DNA from: Candidatus Peregrinibacteria bacterium
GTDB taxonomy: Bacteria; Patescibacteriota; Gracilibacteria; UBA1369; LOWO2-01-FULL-3
DNA: 64,000 bases
NCBI GenBank assembly: GCA_018654255.1
Contig: JABILX010000001.1
Coordinates: 209,695 to 273,694, forward strand
Direction of reading: 5' to 3'
Positions 19,501 to 29,350 of the stretch are shown one piece after another (within the stretch, counting starts at the first letter, position 1; each line of letters opens with the position of its first letter). The position numbers were made by a program, and so were the translations under genes. The notes beneath the pieces are model-generated. The model was given only the letters and a program-made list of their open reading frames with translations. It ran no database searches and was not told where the DNA came from.

Positions 19501-19722
19501 ACGATCTTTATTGTAACTCAGGTCTTTGACATATTGGTATGTTTTCAAGCAGAGTATTGTCTGTTTCGATTCGTTAGTTTGAAGTGATTTTATTCCCTTA
19601 CAGACTCGCGACGGACAGGTACTCTGTTTGTAGCGAGATAACATAAATAGTGAAGGACAGGAGTATTGATAGTAGTTCTAGGTTTTTAGAAATACACAGG
19701 GCAATGCCCAAGGAGAACGACA

Positions 19723-20445
19723 GTGAAGGACATCCTTAAATCAGTCAATTGGAATCAGTGGGCGATCACGGCACTCCTCACCCTCTTCGCATTCGCCATC
19801 ATCAACGGCATCTGGCAGGGCAAGAAAAACACCGATGCCTATGTCGATGATGTGATCGCGGAGGCGGACGAGGTGCTGGCGCTGACGCCGCCGATCCTCA
19901 CTAGCCCGCCGGTCACCTGTGTTCCCTTCTGCGAAGGCAAGGAATGTGGCGATGACGGGTGTGGCGGAAATGCCTGTGGGGAATGCGCTGAAAACGAAGA
20001 GTGCATCGAGGGATGGTGCGAGGACGAGGAAGCCCTCATCCAGAGCCCCTGCATCCCTTCCTGCAAGTTCAAGGAATGCGGTCCCGACGGCTGCGGCGGA
20101 TTCTGCGGTCCCAACGACTGCGACTGGAAACACGGAGCGGCCTGCATCGACGGCGAATGTTGCATGCCGGCCTCCAAGCTCCCTACCATCCGCCTCAACG
20201 ACAGGACCCCTTTCTACTGGTCCATTAGGATCCTCTTCTTCTTCATCCCCGAGACGTTCGTGGAGAAGGGATGGAGGATCCCCACCCTGAACATCTCCCT
20301 TCCCCCTCCGCCCAAGCGCGGCATGGCTCACGGTGGCCCCTGGGTTCCCGACACGGTCGATTTCTCCCCCGAGGAGAAGGCCGTGTACATGGAGCAGATC
20401 CGAGCTGACCCCTTCTGGAACAGCCCGTTGAACTCGATCTGGTAG
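19723..20445 (+). CDS. Cys-rich repeat membrane protein on a GC-rich compositional island
   Basis: GTG start preceded by AAGGAG. TM helix WAITALLTLFAFAIINGIW. Two repeats of C..C.(G)KECG.DGCGG.CG..C. All six frames are open here because of the high GC. Confidence 0.6.
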   Translation: MKDILKSVNWNQWAITALLTLFAFAIINGIWQGKKNTDAYVDDVIAEADEVLALTPPILTSPPVTCVPFCEGKECGDDGCGGNACGECAENEECIEGWCEDEEALIQSPCIPSCKFKECGPDGCGGFCGPNDCDWKHGAACIDGECCMPASKLPTIRLNDRTPFYWSIRILFFFIPETFVEKGWRIPTLNISLPPPPKRGMAHGGPWVPDTVDFSPEEKAVYMEQIRADPFWNSPLNSIW

Positions 20446-20499
20446 CCCCTTCAAACTTCCCCCTTGATACCTACCTCAAATCCTCACACACCGCTACAA

Positions 20500-20555
20500 G
20501 CAGACCCATATGTCCCGGGACGTCCCTACCTTATACGTCCCGGGTCTGCTTTATA
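20500..20555 (+). terminator. GC-rich hairpin after the Cys-rich gene
   Basis: GCAGACCC...CCCGGGACG / CGTCCCGGGTCTGC arms followed by TTTATATA. Confidence 0.45.
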
Positions 20556-20644
20556 TACGCCAAAAAAATCGCTCTAGACAGAACGAAGCCAAAGCTGATA
20601 AACTGACCCCCTTTCTACTAAACAAAAACTAGGATTAACAGGAG

Positions 20645-20673
20645 TTGACACTTAACTTAAAAACAGGTATAAT
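20645..20673 (+). promoter_or_regulatory. sigma70-type promoter TTGACA-N17-TATAAT
   Basis: ttgacacttaacttaaaaacaggtataat. This means the track start at 20645 is not coding. Confidence 0.55.
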
Positions 20674-20686
20674 ACTTAGATTAAAT

Positions 20687-22090
20687 ATGTCAAACATGAA
20701 ATTTTCAGACATTCAAAAAAACATAATTGACCTGGTAAAAAGAAGCGAGAAGATCCTCGTACTTCCTTCGACTCCAATTGACGGAGACGCAATAGGAAGT
20801 GCCCTTTCAACATATCTAGTCCTCAAACGCCTAGGCAAGAGTGTAACTGTAGTTTGCGCGGAAGAAGTCCCTGATATATTAGAATTCCTCCCAGAAACAC
20901 AAGTAGTAGGGGACAAACTTGTATCATCAAAAGACTTCATCGTCACAATCGATACAAGGAAAATCAAAGTAGACGAAATCAAGAGCAACATCGAAGAAAA
21001 CAAGGTGAATATCATAATCACTCCAAAAGAAGGTCGTTACACAGAAGAAAACATCTCTTTCAATGAAGGTATCGACGAATTCGACCTGATTATCACAGTA
21101 GATACAGCAGAGCTTCAACAGCTCAGACACATATACGAAGAAAACCCACAAATGTTCCACGAGATCCCAGTCGTAAACATCGACCACCACATCTCAAACG
21201 AACATTATGGAAAAGTAAACTATGTCGACATAATGTCAGCATCAGCAACAGAACTCCTTCTCCCACTATTCGAAAAGATGGAAGAAGAATTTGAAGTAGA
21301 ACTGATCGACGAAGACGTAGCCACACTCCTTTTGACTGGAATAATCACAGACACAGGAAGTTTCCAAAATTCGAATACAACACCAAAAGCATTCGCACAC
21401 GCAGCACAATTAATTGCATACGGCGCTCGCCAACAAGAGATCATCCAACACATCTACAAAACCAAACAATTAAGCCAATTAAAACTTTGGGGACGCGTAC
21501 TTTCAAAGATCCAGACCGACGAAAAATACAAGATAGTCTGGTCGACAGTATCCAGAGAAGATTTCAAAGACACTCAAAGTAAAGAAGAAGAAACAGGTGA
21601 TATCATCGACGAATTAATGAGTAACGCTCCAGGCGCAGAAATAATCGTTCTTTTGAAAGAAAGAGAGGACGACACAATTTCAGGAAGTATAAGAACAACA
21701 AACCCTTCAGTCGACGCATCAGCAATCGCTGAAATATTTGGAGGAGGTGGACATGGCCAAGCCGCTGGTTTCAGAATTCCAGATGGCAATTTCCGCAAAC
21801 ACGAAGCTGAAATAATCGACAAGATGAGAGACTTCCAAAAAGAACGTCTCGGAGTCTTAGAGAATCCAGAAGAAGATGAAGAAAGAAAAGAAACTCCAAT
21901 CATCGATGTAGAAAAACTTCTTGCACAAGCAAAACAAGCCGAGAAAGCCCAAGAAGCGATCCAAAAAGTCTCAAACGACGAACCCGAAGACAAACCCAAC
22001 TTCAAACCTGCAGAACCAAAACACAAACCTTCAAAAAAAGAAACATCGAAAGAACTCAAGCCAGGAGTTCCATACAAATTCGAAGACTAA
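20687..22090 (+). CDS. DHH/DHHA1 phosphoesterase (NrnA-like) with Lys/Glu-rich C-terminal tail
   Basis: DGDAIGS, NIDHH and GGGHGQAAGF motifs. Start moved to ATG 20687, downstream of the promoter. Confidence 0.75.
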   Translation: MSNMKFSDIQKNIIDLVKRSEKILVLPSTPIDGDAIGSALSTYLVLKRLGKSVTVVCAEEVPDILEFLPETQVVGDKLVSSKDFIVTIDTRKIKVDEIKSNIEENKVNIIITPKEGRYTEENISFNEGIDEFDLIITVDTAELQQLRHIYEENPQMFHEIPVVNIDHHISNEHYGKVNYVDIMSASATELLLPLFEKMEEEFEVELIDEDVATLLLTGIITDTGSFQNSNTTPKAFAHAAQLIAYGARQQEIIQHIYKTKQLSQLKLWGRVLSKIQTDEKYKIVWSTVSREDFKDTQSKEEETGDIIDELMSNAPGAEIIVLLKEREDDTISGSIRTTNPSVDASAIAEIFGGGGHGQAAGFRIPDGNFRKHEAEIIDKMRDFQKERLGVLENPEEDEERKETPIIDVEKLLAQAKQAEKAQEAIQKVSNDEPEDKPNFKPAEPKHKPSKKETSKELKPGVPYKFED

Positions 22091-22151
22091 AAAGCCGTAT
22101 CGAGCACCGAGCGTACAGCACACTGCGCACCGCGATCTCCGCCCCCGACTT

Positions 22152-22904
22152 CTAAGAAGCCTTTTCCATCAATTCATCATCCATTTCAAAGTTACAGTAG
22201 ACCTCGGCAACGTCATCATTTTCTTCCAACAATTCAATCATTCCCAGGACTTTGCGAGCATCTTCTTCAGATTCTATTTTAACAGTCTGCTTAGGAATAT
22301 AAGTAATATCAGCCTCTTCAATCTTGATACCAGCGTCTTTCAAAGCATCGCGAACACGAGCCAAATCGGTAGCACCTGTATGGACTTCCAAAGCAGCTCC
22401 TTCACGAACAGTATCAGAAGCACCAGCATCAATCGCAGCTAATTCAACTTCATCTGCATCAACTCCCTCCTCAAGAGGCACAGCAATAAGACCTTTCCTT
22501 TCAAACATCCACGCAACGCTTCCAGCAGCACCCATCCCTCCACCTTTTTTTGTCAGAGCAGATTTGACCTCAGACAAAGTCCGATTTTTATTATCAGTCA
22601 AAACTTGGACATAGAGAGCAGTTCCAGCAGGACCAAATCCCTCGTAATAAATTTCTTCATAAGTTACAGCATTTTTATCTTGGCCAGAGCCTTTCTTGAT
22701 TGCGCGCTCGATATTCATATTAGGCACATTAGCGGACTTAGCTCCATCAATAGCCGAACGCAACGAAGGATTCATATCTGGGTCACCCCCATTTTTTGCA
22801 GCTATAGTAATTAATTTTGCATGCTTAGTGAAAATCTTTCCACGCTTAGCATCAGCTGCCCCTTTCTTATGTTTAATCGAAGCCCATTTTGAATGTCCAG
22901 ACAT
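22152..22904 (-). CDS. yebC: YebC/PmpR family DNA-binding regulator
   Basis: MSGHSKWASIKHKKGAADAKRGKIFTK N-terminus, 250 aa. Confidence 0.9.
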   Translation of the reverse strand: MSGHSKWASIKHKKGAADAKRGKIFTKHAKLITIAAKNGGDPDMNPSLRSAIDGAKSANVPNMNIERAIKKGSGQDKNAVTYEEIYYEGFGPAGTALYVQVLTDNKNRTLSEVKSALTKKGGGMGAAGSVAWMFERKGLIAVPLEEGVDADEVELAAIDAGASDTVREGAALEVHTGATDLARVRDALKDAGIKIEEADITYIPKQTVKIESEEDARKVLGMIELLEENDDVAEVYCNFEMDDELMEKAS

Positions 22905-22981
22905 AGTTTGTTAGGTTAAATTGCCCAAATTGCCTAAAAAGCAGTGGAATTATAATGCCAAACTAAGACTTAATCAAATTC

Positions 22982-24130
22982 TTAAGAGTTGTCGCTGACA
23001 GATTTTGCAATTACTTTTGCAACTCTCTTATCAAAAACATCAGGAATAATCTTGGCAGGAGTAGGTTTTGGAATCAATCCAGCCAAAGCCTCGGCTGCCG
23101 ACAATTTCATCTTGTCAGTTATTTTACGTGCTCTTGAATCTAGAGCGCCACGAAATATCCCAGGGAAAACAAGGACATTATTTATTTGATTAGGAAAATC
23201 AGATCTTCCAGTAGCAACAACCCGAGCGCCACCATCAATAGCATCACTAGGCAAGATCTCAGGATCAGGATTAGACATCGCAAAAACCACAGGATCACTC
23301 GCCATAGTAGAAACCATTTCCGAACTCAAAACGCCAGGCTTAGAAACACCAATAAAAACATCTGCACCAACAATAACTTCCTTCAGCCCAGCAATAAAAG
23401 AACAACCCTCATCGTCTTGAGCAAAAACTTTTTTATATTTATTCAAATCTTTTCTGCAGGAAGAAATTTCCCCCTTACTATCAACCAAAACTAGATTTTT
23501 AAAACCATATTTCAAAAGTAATAAACCAATAGCAATGCCAGCAGCTCCAGCTCCGCTTATCACAATACGTACAGAATCAACAGATTTTCCAACAACCTTC
23601 AACGCATTTATAAGACCTGCCAAAACAACAACAGCAGTCCCATGTTGATCATCATGAAAAACAGGAATATCCAAATCATTAATTAATCTCTCCTCAATTT
23701 CAAAACAACGAGGAGCGCTAATGTCTTCAAGATTGATCCCTCCAAAGCCAGGAGCAATAGCCTTCACAGTTCGAACAATCTCGTCAACGTCCTGAGTGTC
23801 CAAACAAATAGGGACAGCATCAACTCCACCAAAAGATTTAAACAAAGCAGCCTTTCCCTCCATAACAGGCAACCCGGCAGTAGGCCCAATATTACCAAGT
23901 CCAAGAACAGCAGAACCATCAGTCACGACAGCGATTGTATTCCACTTTGAAGTCATCTCATATGCAGCCGCAGGATTGCGAGAAATTTCGCGACACGGCT
24001 CAGCAACACCAGGTGTATAAAAAATATTCATACCACGCTGATTACTCACAGAAACCTTTAGCCCAGTCTCCAATTTGCCACGCGCTTTTTTGTGAGCCGC
24101 CAAAGCAGCCTTTTTTAAATCAGTCATCAA
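22982..24130 (-). CDS. NAD(P)-dependent malic enzyme (short form)
   Basis: LGLGNIGPTAGLPVMEGKAALFK and the ISGAGAAGIA Rossmann motif. Confidence 0.8.
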   Translation of the reverse strand: MMTDLKKAALAAHKKARGKLETGLKVSVSNQRGMNIFYTPGVAEPCREISRNPAAAYEMTSKWNTIAVVTDGSAVLGLGNIGPTAGLPVMEGKAALFKSFGGVDAVPICLDTQDVDEIVRTVKAIAPGFGGINLEDISAPRCFEIEERLINDLDIPVFHDDQHGTAVVVLAGLINALKVVGKSVDSVRIVISGAGAAGIAIGLLLLKYGFKNLVLVDSKGEISSCRKDLNKYKKVFAQDDEGCSFIAGLKEVIVGADVFIGVSKPGVLSSEMVSTMASDPVVFAMSNPDPEILPSDAIDGGARVVATGRSDFPNQINNVLVFPGIFRGALDSRARKITDKMKLSAAEALAGLIPKPTPAKIIPDVFDKRVAKVIAKSVSDNS

Positions 24131-24139
24131 GGTAAGTTT

Positions 24140-24355
24140 TTAGTTCCCAGGCGGCGGATACGTAGGAGGTTCAGCACTAGGAGGAGAAGTTGGCAAAGTT
24201 GTGTAAGGTTCACCGATAATCTCGCCTTGTGGCTCACCAGAATCTCCAGGAACGTCCTGAGAAACAAACCATTGTGACCCCGCGAAAACAGCAGCAGCCA
24301 AAGCAACCAAGATACCAAGGATCCCCAATACATATTTTTTAGAATAAACTCCCAT
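24140..24355 (-). CDS. small membrane-anchored Pro-rich protein
   Basis: 71 aa with one TM helix and a PPSAEPPTYPPPGN tail. Tightly spaced between neighbouring genes. Confidence 0.5.
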   Translation of the reverse strand: MGVYSKKYVLGILGILVALAAAVFAGSQWFVSQDVPGDSGEPQGEIIGEPYTTLPTSPPSAEPPTYPPPGN

Positions 24356-24377
24356 ATTATTTTTTTAAAACATGAAA

Positions 24378-25751
24378 TTAAAAAGCAGTTGTTTGCCCAT
24401 CACGATAATCCAAAATGACGTCTCCAGCTCGCTCATACTTCAGAGTCAAATCAACTTCCGAGCTATAGTAATAATCAATAGGACCCGTTCCAACTCCAAT
24501 TGAATCAGTCTCAACAATAATCTCATCCGACAACAAATCGAGCATATCTTGCCCAGCACCTTCAACCAAAATATTCTCAAAAATTTCATCTTTAACTTCA
24601 ACAGAACCAGAATCCCCGCCACCAATAAATCCAAGTCCTTCAACATATTTGAATGTCGCCATCATAGTATCCAAAACCTTTCTATCTTGAGCAGACAAAA
24701 CACCCGTTCCATTCTGAGTGTAAACCATCAAAACCTTTCCTTCAAAAGAACCTTGATCAATATAAACATACCAATCCTTAATAAATTGATTAGGATAACC
24801 AACTTCCAACACATCAAAGTCGCCAATCTCAAATTCATTGAATTGTGCTCCGCCAAAAACCATTCTTACATTTGAGAAATATTCATCCAAACTCAACCCC
24901 TCAGCATTGTCATCCAAGCTCACCACAAACTTAGCAGTGTTAGGATAAATCCTCTCAGGAGAAGATTGGAAATAAGCAACATCTGGCTTCCAAAAAACAA
25001 CTTCATCATCAGTCTCTCCATAGAAAAACTTTTCAAAATTTCCAGGGACCGAAACTTCAAAAGGCAAAACGCCAGAAGAATAAGAATTCCAATATTCCTG
25101 GATAGGGAACGCAGCTCCATCTTCGGAAACCCTAATGTATCGATACATTATTTCAGCAAATTCAGCACGAGTCATAGAATCGCCAGGGTGAACCTCCCCG
25201 TAACCATCCATAAATAGAATATTATTTTCTCTGGCAAAAAGTGCATACTGCGCAAACCAATCGTCTACAGAAACATCTCCAAAAATATCTTGATCACCAC
25301 CCAAAGATGCCAGATCAGGAAGATCAACGCTAAGGGCCTCAGAAATAATCTTCAAAGACTCAGCCAAATTTATAGTATCAATAGGTCTAAAAAGCCCATT
25401 ACTATCGCCCTTAATGACATCAGCTTCATAAGCTCCCATCACAAAAGGAAAAAACCAATCAGCCTCAACAACATCCCCAAAAAGCACAAGAGAAGTATCA
25501 GACTGATCTATGTCCAAAGCTCCAACAAGAATCTTCACTGCTTCAGCACGATTGATATCATTTTCCGGTTTGAATGTCAGGTCAGCATAACCACCAATAT
25601 ACCCATTGTCTTTCAAAAATTGGATAGCTTGATAATTCTCGTGGTCCTCAGAAACATCAGGAAAAGATCCAGCGAAAGCCATTCCAGAAAAGCTGAAACA
25701 CGATAACAAAAAGACAACAAATAATATAATTTTTTTAACGGGCATTTTCAT
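24378..25751 (-). CDS. secreted protein with three N-terminal SLH (S-layer homology) repeats
   Basis: Signal peptide MKMPVKKIILFVVFLLSCFSFSGMAFA. The pattern FPDV/FGDV...(R/A)AE... occurs three times. Start set at ATG 25751 to clear the hisS stop. Confidence 0.7.
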   Translation of the reverse strand: MKMPVKKIILFVVFLLSCFSFSGMAFAGSFPDVSEDHENYQAIQFLKDNGYIGGYADLTFKPENDINRAEAVKILVGALDIDQSDTSLVLFGDVVEADWFFPFVMGAYEADVIKGDSNGLFRPIDTINLAESLKIISEALSVDLPDLASLGGDQDIFGDVSVDDWFAQYALFARENNILFMDGYGEVHPGDSMTRAEFAEIMYRYIRVSEDGAAFPIQEYWNSYSSGVLPFEVSVPGNFEKFFYGETDDEVVFWKPDVAYFQSSPERIYPNTAKFVVSLDDNAEGLSLDEYFSNVRMVFGGAQFNEFEIGDFDVLEVGYPNQFIKDWYVYIDQGSFEGKVLMVYTQNGTGVLSAQDRKVLDTMMATFKYVEGLGFIGGGDSGSVEVKDEIFENILVEGAGQDMLDLLSDEIIVETDSIGVGTGPIDYYYSSEVDLTLKYERAGDVILDYRDGQTTAF

Positions 25752-25758
25752 GAGGGGT

Positions 25759-27090
25759 TTAAGAGTAGAGCAATTCACCAGGACTGTAAGTGTCCAAGTT
25801 TTTAGCTCCGATTTTTTTCTTCAAAGTAGAAACAACCTTTTCCATTGGAACAGTCTCCTGAGTACCTTTTTCCATATTTCTAATTATAGCAGTTCCATCA
25901 CGAACTTCCGTGATACCAATGAGGACAGTCCAAGGAACGCCATGCTTGTCCGCAAGTCTAAGTTGATTTTTGATAGCGCCTTTACCAAGAGCTCCCATGG
26001 TTTTTATACCAGCTTCACGTAAATCTTGAATAAGAGGCAAACATTTTTTCTTAGCTTCTGTACCAAGCTGTGCAACAAACACATGTAGATTGTCTTTGCT
26101 TGGAACACGAACTTTACTGATCTTCATATTAGCAATCATTCTCTCAATTCCAGCAGCATATCCAACGGCAGGAGTTGGATTACCACCTAGCAATTCAACC
26201 AAGCCATCATATCTTCCTCCTCCTCCAATTGCATTTTGTGCTCCCTCATGTTTGTCCCAGAATTCGAAGACAGTCTTTGAATAATAATCCAATCCACGAA
26301 CTAATCTCTCATTTTCTTTATACTCAATACCCATCTCATCCAAATAACTCTTCAGCTCCTCGTGAAATTCAACAGATTCCTTGTCCAAGTAATCGGACAT
26401 TTTTGGTGCAAGATCTGCAAGGATTTGGCAATCCTCAGCTTTACAATCCAAAAGTCTCAAAGGATTTTTGTCTCTTCTTCTTAGACAATCCTCACAAAGA
26501 GAACGATCTTTCCCAACATAATAATCTGAAAGAACTTGCGAATACTCAGCGCGAGCTTCAGGGGTACCGATTGTATTTAATTGTAATTCAAATCTATCTG
26601 CTATTCCGAGATCTTTATTTATTAAATGAGCGAGCTGGATACATTGAGCATCTAACGCTGGGTCAGATTCACCAATTAGTTCCAATCCAATCTGCCAAAA
26701 CTGTCTGTATCGTCCCTTTTGAGGCCTATCGTATCTAAAATGTGGCTCAATATAATAAAGTTCAACTGGTTGTGGCCACTCTTGCATATTATTTTGAATG
26801 TACGCTCTCACAACTCCAGCGGTACTTTCAGGCTTCAGGGTCAAGCTACGTCCTTTCTTATCTTCAAAAGTATACATTTCCTTGCTAACAATATCCGTCT
26901 CATCCCCAATACTTCTCTTGAAAACATCAGTAAATTCAAATATTGGAGTAGTGATACGCTTGAAACCCGCTTGTCTGCATCGATGCCTAACAACTTTTTT
27001 TATGAATGTATGATACTCATGGTCTTTTGGAAGAATATCGTGGACGCCTTTTGGGGTTTGGAATCGCTTTGGACCCTGATTGTCAGACAT
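25759..27090 (-). CDS. hisS: histidine--tRNA ligase
   Basis: FRYDRPQKGRYRQFWQ and GGGRYDGL class II motifs. Confidence 0.9.
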   Translation of the reverse strand: MSDNQGPKRFQTPKGVHDILPKDHEYHTFIKKVVRHRCRQAGFKRITTPIFEFTDVFKRSIGDETDIVSKEMYTFEDKKGRSLTLKPESTAGVVRAYIQNNMQEWPQPVELYYIEPHFRYDRPQKGRYRQFWQIGLELIGESDPALDAQCIQLAHLINKDLGIADRFELQLNTIGTPEARAEYSQVLSDYYVGKDRSLCEDCLRRRDKNPLRLLDCKAEDCQILADLAPKMSDYLDKESVEFHEELKSYLDEMGIEYKENERLVRGLDYYSKTVFEFWDKHEGAQNAIGGGGRYDGLVELLGGNPTPAVGYAAGIERMIANMKISKVRVPSKDNLHVFVAQLGTEAKKKCLPLIQDLREAGIKTMGALGKGAIKNQLRLADKHGVPWTVLIGITEVRDGTAIIRNMEKGTQETVPMEKVVSTLKKKIGAKNLDTYSPGELLYS

Positions 27091-27145
27091 AAGAAAAGAT
27101 TAAGGGGTAACTATAGCCCTCACTATACCATTTTATTTGGTTAAA

Positions 27146-28192
27146 TCAACCAAACAACTTCCAATATTTTTTCCTAAGCCAACTCTTCCCTAATTTATCA
27201 CCAAAATACCTCCTCAAAGCAGTAATCCCAGTTCCAGAAAGATGAGATAACCCAAGGAATACATTGATAAGATCCCTGATTCTTATAACCATCGCAAAAA
27301 CAAAGGCATTAAAAGGCAACCCAAGCAACGAAACGACCGCTGCAATACTTCCTTCATACACACCAAGCGCAGCAGGGATAGGAACCAAGAAAGCTAAACA
27401 AGGAAGACTTCGGAGCAAGAACGTCTCCGAGAAACTCATGTTGTATCCCAAGAAATGAGCAATCAACCAGAACTCAAGCATCTCGTATGCCTCAAACAAA
27501 ACTGACAAGAAAAGCAACCAAGTAAACTTTAACCAATGTCCCTTATAAAAATCTCTCAGAGCCTCTTCAACAATCAACATTTTATTATAAGCTTTCTTAA
27601 AACGTTTAACCTTATGAAGCCTCAAAACTTTGAGAATAGAAGAGAAGAAGCCAATATCTTTGATCGACGCATAATAAAACCAACCCAGAAGCCCAATAAA
27701 GAAAACTAATGAAAGGAAAATTGTCCAAAAAACATCTCCGCTCACCAAATGTCTAGACAACAAAAACAAAAATCCAAGCAAAACAAAAATAATCAAACCA
27801 CTCAGTTGCAAAACCTTATCAACTACAACAGAAAAAACAGCATCTCTCTTCCTGACACCATCCTTGCCCAAAAGCATCACCCGAACAGGTTCCCCTCCAA
27901 TCTGTGCAGAAGGCGTCAAAAAACTCACAGTCCACCCAGACATACGATGCAAAATTAGACTAAAAAAATGAGGGGAATGATCAAAATGCTTCAAAATAAC
28001 CTTCCATCTCCAGGTAAGAAAAATAAAATTAATAAATTGAACGACATAATAAACTCCAAAATAAAGAATAGAAAAATTCCGCAAAGTCGAGATGATATTA
28101 TCAACTCCAGTCTCCAAGATAACATTAACAAAGAGAATGACCCCAGCTCCTAATAAAAACAGATAAACGAAAGATTTTTTTGCGAATTTCAT
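27146..28192 (-). CDS. polytopic membrane protein, flippase-like / LPG-synthase-TM-like (UPF0104)
   Basis: 348 aa with about 8 TM helices. Family assignment is by general resemblance only. Confidence 0.4.
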   Translation of the reverse strand: MKFAKKSFVYLFLLGAGVILFVNVILETGVDNIISTLRNFSILYFGVYYVVQFINFIFLTWRWKVILKHFDHSPHFFSLILHRMSGWTVSFLTPSAQIGGEPVRVMLLGKDGVRKRDAVFSVVVDKVLQLSGLIIFVLLGFLFLLSRHLVSGDVFWTIFLSLVFFIGLLGWFYYASIKDIGFFSSILKVLRLHKVKRFKKAYNKMLIVEEALRDFYKGHWLKFTWLLFLSVLFEAYEMLEFWLIAHFLGYNMSFSETFLLRSLPCLAFLVPIPAALGVYEGSIAAVVSLLGLPFNAFVFAMVIRIRDLINVFLGLSHLSGTGITALRRYFGDKLGKSWLRKKYWKLFG

Positions 28193-28213
28193 GCCCCCAT
28201 CTTATTCAATACG

Positions 28214-29335
28214 TCAGAACAAGTCAAAATTTGTCGTCGGTGCAATATTGGAAGGGGCTTTCTCAAGCCTCTTTCCACTGTCCGAAACAAAATATGCAGC
28301 ACCCGCAATCATCGCCGCATTGTCAGTGCAGTACTCGAGTGATTTCGGAAAACGCAAAAGCGGCGCAATCACAGGCGCATCATCTGATACATGAGCTCCT
28401 AGCTTTGCGATCTTTGCAGTCATAACCTCTCTCAATCTAGAATTTGCAGAAACACCTCCAGCCAAGTGAATTTCCTTGGCATGAGTTCCTTCCTCCTGCA
28501 GGTTCAAATAAGCCTGAATCAATTTGTCAGACAAAACATCACAAACAGCCTCTTGAAAAGAAGCGGCCAAGTCGGCCTTGAATTTATCAGGCAAAAGTTT
28601 TCCGATCTGAGAATAATTCCCAAATTCTTTGTCAGGATTATTTTCGCGAACGTAACGCTTAACTTCATTCAGCACGGCAGTTTTCAACCCAGAAAAACTA
28701 AAATCCAAACTCCCAGCCTCCAAATACGAACGAGGCAATTTGAAAGCCTCGCGATCTCCATCAATAGCAACTTTTGAGATAACAGGTCCACCCGGATAAC
28801 CAAGATCCAAAATTCGAGCAACCTTATCAAAAGCTTCTCCAGCAGCATCGTCACGAGTTTCACCAAGAATCACGAAGTCATGATAGCCCCGCATCAAAAT
28901 AATTTCATTATGTCCCCCAGAAACAGTGAGGACCAAGGAAGGAAACTCCAAACCATCAGCCGAACCAGCATCCAGAGCATTCGCATAAACATGTCCAACG
29001 ATATGATGAACCGGAATCACAGGCTTATCCATCACGTAAGAAATAGCAGACGCATTACAAGTCCCAATAATCAACGAACTTATCAGCCCAGGCCCTTTTG
29101 TGACGGCAATAGCATCAATATCACCCCACTCGCCTCCAGCCTCAGCTAGGGCCCTCTCAATCACAGGAACGACCTTTAAAATATGCTCACGAGCAGCAAC
29201 TTCGGGCACAACGCCGCCAGTCGCAGCATGCAACTCGACCTGCGAAGCAATAACATTCGACAAAACCTTCACCCCGTCCTCAACGACGGAACAAGCAGTC
29301 TCATCACAAGATGTTTCAATGCCTAGAATTTTCAT
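28214..29335 (-). CDS. tsaD: tRNA N6-adenosine threonylcarbamoyltransferase
   Basis: MKILGIETSCDETA ... HHIVGH ... GGVSAN. Confidence 0.9.
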   Translation of the reverse strand: MKILGIETSCDETACSVVEDGVKVLSNVIASQVELHAATGGVVPEVAAREHILKVVPVIERALAEAGGEWGDIDAIAVTKGPGLISSLIIGTCNASAISYVMDKPVIPVHHIVGHVYANALDAGSADGLEFPSLVLTVSGGHNEIILMRGYHDFVILGETRDDAAGEAFDKVARILDLGYPGGPVISKVAIDGDREAFKLPRSYLEAGSLDFSFSGLKTAVLNEVKRYVRENNPDKEFGNYSQIGKLLPDKFKADLAASFQEAVCDVLSDKLIQAYLNLQEEGTHAKEIHLAGGVSANSRLREVMTAKIAKLGAHVSDDAPVIAPLLRFPKSLEYCTDNAAMIAGAAYFVSDSGKRLEKAPSNIAPTTNFDLF

Positions 29336-29350
29336 GGTAGAAGACTACAA

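Noticed and set aside
19741-20454. 237-aa minus-strand ORF and other overlapping ORFs in the GC-rich island
   Set aside because: High GC removes stops in all frames. The minus product is Gly/Arg/Asp-rich with no features. The plus frame has an SD sequence, a TM helix and ordered Cys repeats.
22091-22151. GC-rich 60-nt spacer between the convergent DHH phosphoesterase gene (20687..22090) and yebC, considered as a terminator or RNA element
   Set aside because: I could not find a convincing inverted repeat or T-run. Composition alone is not enough to call a feature.
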